Positions 59,401-64,000 of a stretch of 64,000 nt of DNA are shown in pieces. The DNA is from an uncultured candidate division Zixibacteria bacterium. GTDB lineage: Bacteria > Zixibacteria > MSB-5A5 > GN15 > PGXB01. Location: contig OY969724.1 of NCBI GenBank assembly GCA_963702205.1, positions 2,528,001 to 2,592,000 of the forward strand. The letters run 5' to 3'. Under the pieces are notes generated by a model. It was not told where the DNA came from, ran no database searches, and saw only the letters and a program-made list of their open reading frames with translations. Both the position numbers and the translations under genes were made by a program. The stretch's first letter is position 1. Every line of letters begins with the position of its first letter.

Positions 59401-62400
59401 GAGAATCTGGGCATCGATGCCTCGGACGTCTTCCTGTTCGACGCCAAGGTTAAGTCCAATATATTTTCTGAAATCGATATCGATAACTCGGCCTATGCCA
59501 CCTACAAAGACTCGACTATCGCGGACACGGCGACGACTCATGTTACCCCTCTGGTATGGCCGATTCTGCACATAGATAAAACCGTCAACTGGCCGACCGC
59601 GGCCTCAGGGGATACCCTGACCTATAATCTTAATATCACCAATACCGGCACGGCCTATGCAGAAAATGTATCCATTCGGGACGCCATTCCGGATTATGTC
59701 ACATATGTCGCGGGCAGTGCCTCCGGAAATGGCGCATTCAATTCGAACGATGGCAGTGTCAACTGGGAACTCAGCGCGGTCATGACAAGAGTAGATTACG
59801 ATTTAAGCTTCAAGGTCAAAGTGAACGAAGGTGCGCCGATCGGCCACTATATCACCAACTATGGTGACATAGTATTTCCTGACAGCACCATCACCGACTC
59901 AGCAAAAACGTTGATCACAGAGCCGTCGGAAACCGATTTGATCGTAACCAAGGCTGTCGATTCGACCGTGGCTGCGCCGAACAGCATATTGTCATACACC
60001 GTTTTTGTTTCCAACCGAGGCGAAAACATGGCCCGCAACGTGGTGATAAAAGACGTCATGCCGACTCATACGACCTATGTTCTGAACACGGCTTCACACG
60101 GCGGCATGTACGATCCATTGGGTGATATCCTGACGTGGCTGTTCGGGACCATTGATCCCAAAACCACTATAGAATTGCACTATCAGGCGCGCATCAATAA
60201 TAACGCGGCGCTGGGTGCGAAGGTCGAAAATATCGCGGTGATGACACACCCGATAAGTACGCAGAGCAATAAAGTAATAACCATAGTAAACTTCCCGACC
60301 GGGATAGAAGACGTCACGATTGTCAACGCCGTCGATAAAGACCGCGCGGCTCCGGAAGACACGCTGACGTATACGATCACTCTGACCAACACCGAAGCCG
60401 ATGACGTTGACAATATCGTGGTCGTCGATACTCTACCCGATGAAGTCAACTTCGTTCCCGGTTCGGCAACCGGCGGCGGGTATTTTACCAGCGGTATAAC
60501 TCTGGCGCAGGCCAGCGGTTATGTCAGCTGGGATGTCGGGACGCTGGCGGGCAACACATCGACCGAGCTCGAGTTCAAGGCGATAATCAAGGCCGCTGTT
60601 CCCAACGGGACCGCCATTCTCAACCAGGCCAACATAACCTCGCCCGAAGAAGTGCCCGGCAACGCGGTGCAGACGATTGTCGACGTGAACGTGAATCAGG
60701 CTCCATCGCTGCTCGCAGTCAAGACGGTCGATCGTGCCAACGCCATGACCGGCGAGATTGTCAACTATACTATCGAAGTTGAAAATACATCCGACGTCAC
60801 CGCCGATGACGTCCTGGTGTATGACCGTATGCCGACCGGATTCTACTACGCCGAAAATTCCACGCGCATCGACGGCAAGATGGCCGACAATCCTATATCG
60901 CACGATCCGTACACCTGGAATATTGGTTCTGTCGATCCGAGTGAAACCGTCAAGCTCGAATACAAAGTCATAGTCGGCGCTTCGGTGCAGCCGGGAATAA
61001 ATGAAAACGTCGCCTGGGCGGTAACCGAATCCGAAACATACGGGCGCATCATGTCACCTGAAACGACGGCTCGCATCAATATCAGGTCGACGACGCTTCC
61101 CGGCGCGATTCGTGGCACGGTCATTGTCGATTGCGACCACGATGGCATGGTCGATTCCGATTCGATACCGCGCGGCATCGACCTGTTCCTCGATGATGGT
61201 TCGCAGTCCCAGGCTAACCTGAGTGGTATATTTTACTTCAGCACCGTCACGGCCGGTGAGCACGTGGTCACGATTGACGTGCGCGACCTCAAAGGTTATC
61301 GACTGGCCGACGGACAGCAGGCTTCGGTGTTCGTGCACGTGCACGAAGCCGGGGAATCCTACGTGATCTTCCGCATCTGCCCCGAAACTCCGAGTATCAA
61401 GGTGGACAAGAAGGCTTCGCTGCTGCCGAAGGTTAAAGTGACCAAGAACGCTGCAATAAATAAAAGCGACCTGAACGATACATCGGGTGTCAAGATCGAC
61501 TATGAAATTCAGATCCAAACCAACGGCGGGGCGATCCCGACCAATGTCAAAGTAGTCGATTCGTTCCCGGACGAAACCAAGCTGATCATCCACGAAAATC
61601 AACCGATTATGCCGGTTCGAAAGAATAACGTTCTCTCGTACGATCTTACCGCAGGTAAAGAACGTATGGAACAGAGCGTCTTCTATTCGCTTCAGGATCT
61701 GGCGCCCGGCGTCAGGAAGTTCCTGACCAACCGGATTCATCTGGAAGGAGCATCCGGTATTGCCTCGCAAAGCGATATACAGATGGTTTCGCACGAAGCC
61801 GAGGTGTCGGTCGGCCCATTCCAGCGTATTCCTGTCAACGACATTAAACTGGACGTCGTCGGTGCCTACTTCAAAACCTCCAAGGCCTATTTACAACCCG
61901 AGGCGATTCCGGTGTTAACGCAGTTGACCGACTCGATTCAGAAGTATGCCGACGCTCCGGTGAAGGTGGAAGGCCATGCCGACTATCGGCGCATCCACAC
62001 GAAGGAATTCCCGTCGAACTGGGAATTGTCCACGGCTCGCGCAAAAACGGTGGCCGACTGGCTGATCCGTGAAGGCGGCATTGACAGCCTCAGAATATCC
62101 TATGAAGGCTTTGCGGCCACGCGTCCGGTTGATACCGGTCATACCGAATCAGCCTGGCGCAAGAACCGCCGGGTGGAAGTCCTGTTGAAGGGTCGAACCG
62201 GCGGCAATGTCGAAATGGCCGATCTTCTCGATCAGAAATGGTCGTCGTGGACCGCCATCGAGTTGGAACCGGCCCGGTACGACACCGAATTTACCCTGGC
62301 CGCGACGCCTCTCGAAACCGGCCTCGATGACACCTGGGAAGTCTGGCTGGTTGTCACCAATGACGGCGTTATCCCGGCCAAAGAGACCGAACTGGTGGAT

Positions 62401-62655
62401 TTCATACCTTATGGCGCTCATTATGTCGACGGCAGCGCCACGGTCGACGGACGGAAATTCTTCGCAGAAAGACACGAACACGGTCTGTTGTTTAAGATTG
62501 GCAGCCTTGAGCCGAGTCAGACCATGAATATAAAGTACAAGATTCAGGCCGATGAGGGCAGTCGCCCGGCCGGAGGCGGAGAAGCCACGGTTGACGCGGT
62601 TTCGCCCGGCGGCCAGGCCTGTCAGCAAAAATCAAATCCTGTTACTTTTAAATAG
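56437..62655 (+). CDS. 2072-aa exported protein: 12 tandem DUF11 repeats, SdrD-B-like domain, further DUF11-like segments and an OmpA/MotB-type peptidoglycan-binding domain
   Basis: Repeats L.I.K.VD...A..GDTL.Y...V.N.G...A..V.V.D.IP....Y..GS; GAIRGTVIVDCDHDG; VEGHAD..FPSNWELSTARA..KNRRVEV. Confidence 0.9.
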   Translation: MTMINTGIMKKAVMSALLLVLGVLLIGSGTFAQDSTPQVCPPDTTTMKLIKYVDLTEAHRGQVVTYLVRVYNGSDRTTDNIVIKDNIPGFVDYVNGSANYQAVYNPGQNELTWNLPPLEAYQMHLLRFQVMVKDDAQDGSVIVNTARMTAPRNANSNEVETIVTADQPPSLLLIGKSVDKRLAQIGDTLLYTIKLTNTGDSVYRGIVVHDSIPEYVEFVSGTAGAAGVYDSNARVLIWNIPAVGSGGEMSFTFRASIDDVAAAGNEVRNYADLIEPKTCRSNPAITLIKPPDPTPRVLLTKYVDHDQIDKGGVLTYNLRIHNNRNYALYDVAVEDEIPQYTSYIAGSATSGGSFDNSENKVTWTFPGLAAYETIMVGFRAQVDDNAPNYGKIYNHGLVVSPDSLESNIVETLILPDSTALAVLRITKEVDKREAYVFDTLNYSILVENTGDDIAHDVSVTDAIPAFTTLVNGSITGGGSYDNGSSTISWMINELWPGASVTFHFKSSINDLTPYLSDIINIATINLPDSSLSDTVYTKVLPTPKPELHIDKNVDSTRAYAGDTLTYTLDISNSGNASASDVNVNDYIPEHTTYIAGSVDALGSYNDTEKRVEWNLGDITAGGSSDQLSFSVVLDKDLTAGEIVTNIGLIILADSSVADTVTTTIAAPPVPKLEIDKTVDSLTAYPGDTLKYTLKVSNSGATVAGDVIVFDPVPEYATYIPSSVGPLGIYNNGQNRVEWNIGDMDPGEDIDLYFRVVLDNDLTQGDIVTNIGSIILADSTVADTVSTDIVLPPKPHLNISKKVDTAFASPGDTLLYTVTVENDGTAVAENALVADTIPVKTTYIDGSASHGGIYDSDNRTINWTIPTLAVSQKIDLNFRLTIDDDIAIGAIIRNVAHIFEPDTLISDTTSTEIIPPPAPHLEIDKKVDPTDANPGATLHYNISIRNTGTASARNIVLVDTLPLLVDYVENTSNPVAEYNSDNHTLKWTIENLGIDASDVFLFDAKVKSNIFSEIDIDNSAYATYKDSTIADTATTHVTPLVWPILHIDKTVNWPTAASGDTLTYNLNITNTGTAYAENVSIRDAIPDYVTYVAGSASGNGAFNSNDGSVNWELSAVMTRVDYDLSFKVKVNEGAPIGHYITNYGDIVFPDSTITDSAKTLITEPSETDLIVTKAVDSTVAAPNSILSYTVFVSNRGENMARNVVIKDVMPTHTTYVLNTASHGGMYDPLGDILTWLFGTIDPKTTIELHYQARINNNAALGAKVENIAVMTHPISTQSNKVITIVNFPTGIEDVTIVNAVDKDRAAPEDTLTYTITLTNTEADDVDNIVVVDTLPDEVNFVPGSATGGGYFTSGITLAQASGYVSWDVGTLAGNTSTELEFKAIIKAAVPNGTAILNQANITSPEEVPGNAVQTIVDVNVNQAPSLLAVKTVDRANAMTGEIVNYTIEVENTSDVTADDVLVYDRMPTGFYYAENSTRIDGKMADNPISHDPYTWNIGSVDPSETVKLEYKVIVGASVQPGINENVAWAVTESETYGRIMSPETTARINIRSTTLPGAIRGTVIVDCDHDGMVDSDSIPRGIDLFLDDGSQSQANLSGIFYFSTVTAGEHVVTIDVRDLKGYRLADGQQASVFVHVHEAGESYVIFRICPETPSIKVDKKASLLPKVKVTKNAAINKSDLNDTSGVKIDYEIQIQTNGGAIPTNVKVVDSFPDETKLIIHENQPIMPVRKNNVLSYDLTAGKERMEQSVFYSLQDLAPGVRKFLTNRIHLEGASGIASQSDIQMVSHEAEVSVGPFQRIPVNDIKLDVVGAYFKTSKAYLQPEAIPVLTQLTDSIQKYADAPVKVEGHADYRRIHTKEFPSNWELSTARAKTVADWLIREGGIDSLRISYEGFAATRPVDTGHTESAWRKNRRVEVLLKGRTGGNVEMADLLDQKWSSWTAIELEPARYDTEFTLAATPLETGLDDTWEVWLVVTNDGVIPAKETELVDFIPYGAHYVDGSATVDGRKFFAERHEHGLLFKIGSLEPSQTMNIKYKIQADEGSRPAGGGEATVDAVSPGGQACQQKSNPVTFK

Positions 62656-62678
62656 GCCAGCATTAAAGGACAGGAAGC

Positions 62679-62709
62679 AAAGGGCCCCCATGTTTGCCGG
62701 GGGCCTTTT
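62679..62709 (+). terminator. Terminator of the barrel-DUF11 operon
   Basis: GGCCCCC...GGGGGCC-TTTT. Confidence 0.75.
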
Positions 62710-62807
62710 CATTTGGGTCAAATATCATTTGGGGCAAAATAGATTCTCTTTATATTTGATTAAAGATGTGATTCGATTTAAAATATCCGATGTTATAAAC
62801 AAGTGCT

Positions 62808-64000
62808 ATGCCTGAACTGAACAAAAACAAACCGAAAGACCTGTTGGGGCTGGTGGACCGCGATTTTGAGATTTCGCGCGGGACACCGCTGCCGCTGGGG
62901 GCCACCCTGAAGCGGAGGGGGATAAACTTCTCTCTGTTTTCACGGCACGCGACCAATGTCTCACTGGTGTTGTTCGTACCGGGCGACAAAGACCCGATCG
63001 CGATTTTCCCGCTCGATCCCAAATTCAACAAAACCGGTGACATCTGGCATATTTTTATTTATGGTCTCGAATCCGAAGTGGAATATTGTTTTCAGATTGA
63101 CAGAAAACCCAATGACAAACCGCACCTCCATCGGTTTGACAAATCGAAGCTTCTGATCGACCCCAACGCTCGTGCCGTCACGGGGGGAGAGAAGTGGGGA
63201 GCGGTGCCCGAGTTCCGGAGGTCGTTCATTCCCGAAAATCGTTTCAAATGGGAAGACGACCGCCAGCTCGAAATACCGCTGGCCGACAGCATAATCTACG
63301 AACTACACGTCCGGGGCTACACGAAAGATGCAACGTCCAATGTGGAACATAAAGGCACATACCTGGGTCTGATCGAAAAAATCCCATACCTGAAAGAGCT
63401 GGGTGTGACGGCGGTGGAGCTTCTGCCGATAAACGAATTTTCGGAAACCGATTCTTACCTCACCAATCCCGAAAGCGGCGAAAAACTATTGAATTTCTGG
63501 GGTTATAACCCGGTCAGTTTTATTGCCCCGAAAGCGTCATACGCCCGCAATCCGGAAGGCGGGGGACAGGTGGCGGAATTCAAGTGCATGGTCAAGGAAT
63601 TTCATAAAGCCGGGATAGAGGTTATACTCGACGTCGTTTTCAACCATACCGCCGAAGGCAATCAATATGGACCGACCATTTCTTTTAAGGGTCTGGATAA
63701 CAGCATTTATTATATCATAGATAAAAACAGCGGCGAATATCTTAATTTTACGGGATGCGGCAATACCTTGAACTGCAATCATCCCATTGTCCGCGACATG
63801 ATCCTGGCCTGCCTGCGCTACTGGGTGATCGAGATGCACGTCGATGGATTCCGCTTCGATCTGGCTTCGGTTTTGGGCCGGGGACAGGATGGTTCGGTGC
63901 TGACAAACCCGCCGCTTTTGGAACGCATTTCGGCCGATCCCATTCTTGGAAAAACCAAACTTATCGCCGAAGCGTGGGATGCCGCCGGGTTGTACCAGGT
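62808..64000 (+). CDS. glgX: Glycogen debranching enzyme/isoamylase GH13 (partial, runs off the right edge; not in the ORF track)
   Basis: Manual translation: G.PLPLGAT..INFSLFSRHA, IIYELHVRGYT, GVTAVELLPI, NFWGYNP, ILDVVFNHTAEG, GCGNTLNCNHP, VDGFRFDLASVLGR, KLIAEAWD. Confidence 0.95.
   Translation, partial: MPELNKNKPKDLLGLVDRDFEISRGTPLPLGATLKRRGINFSLFSRHATNVSLVLFVPGDKDPIAIFPLDPKFNKTGDIWHIFIYGLESEVEYCFQIDRKPNDKPHLHRFDKSKLLIDPNARAVTGGEKWGAVPEFRRSFIPENRFKWEDDRQLEIPLADSIIYELHVRGYTKDATSNVEHKGTYLGLIEKIPYLKELGVTAVELLPINEFSETDSYLTNPESGEKLLNFWGYNPVSFIAPKASYARNPEGGGQVAEFKCMVKEFHKAGIEVILDVVFNHTAEGNQYGPTISFKGLDNSIYYIIDKNSGEYLNFTGCGNTLNCNHPIVRDMILACLRYWVIEMHVDGFRFDLASVLGRGQDGSVLTNPPLLERISADPILGKTKLIAEAWDAAGLYQ

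Noticed and set aside
56575..61083. DUF11 repeats as the cohesin scaffoldin for the dockerin proteins
   Set aside because: The repeats match the DUF11/CnaA-like consensus, not cohesin; only proximity supports the idea.
61864..62187. MotB flagellar stator call from the NWELS motif
   Set aside because: No MotB TM/Asp segment and no motA; the domain is embedded in a repeat protein, so it is a generic peptidoglycan-binding domain.
62768..62783. CRP-like site upstream of glgX (TGTGA-N6-TTAAA)
   Set aside because: Second half-site too degenerate in an AT-rich region.
1..64000. tRNA, rRNA, IS/integrase, prophage or defence genes
   Set aside because: None recognised by eye; intergenic gaps are short and accounted for. 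A covariance-model search was not possible.

Overview
A gene-dense, diderm bacterial chromosomal segment of moderate GC. The C-terminal dockerin-like tails and T9SS-CTD-like tails suggest candidate phylum Zixibacteria or a related FCB-group lineage (inference, not verified). From left to right it contains: three tandem paralogous secreted proteins with T9SS-CTD-like tails (two of about 890 aa, one cut by the window edge); a secreted M16 peptidase pair; glgP; pckA-pfkA; tdh-kbl; a small RelA/SpoT-RIS + DUF2250 fusion; a Ser/Thr kinase-TPR gene divergent from a GAF-PP2C phosphatase; a GT-C glycosyltransferase; a GYD protein; a gldA/gldF/gldG/DUF4340 ABC operon; and a fused 2-oxoacid dehydrogenase E1. 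Next is an 18-kb array of four giant secreted proteins that all end in the same dockerin-type module: an M4/M36-like gluzincin, an M14 carboxypeptidase, a Lys-gingipain-like C25 protease, and a frameshifted Cys-rich GEVED adhesin. The window ends with two TPR proteins, a PEP-CTERM protein, a sigma54-type two-gene unit (beta-barrel plus 2072-aa DUF11/OmpA protein) and partial glgX. No rRNA, tRNA, CRISPR array, reverse transcriptase or transposase was seen. The best candidates for undescribed systems are the dockerin-tagged proteolytic array, the barrel + isopeptide-type DUF11/OmpA pair, and the stand-alone RIS-wHTH protein. All family calls come from motif recognition by eye, not from database searches.
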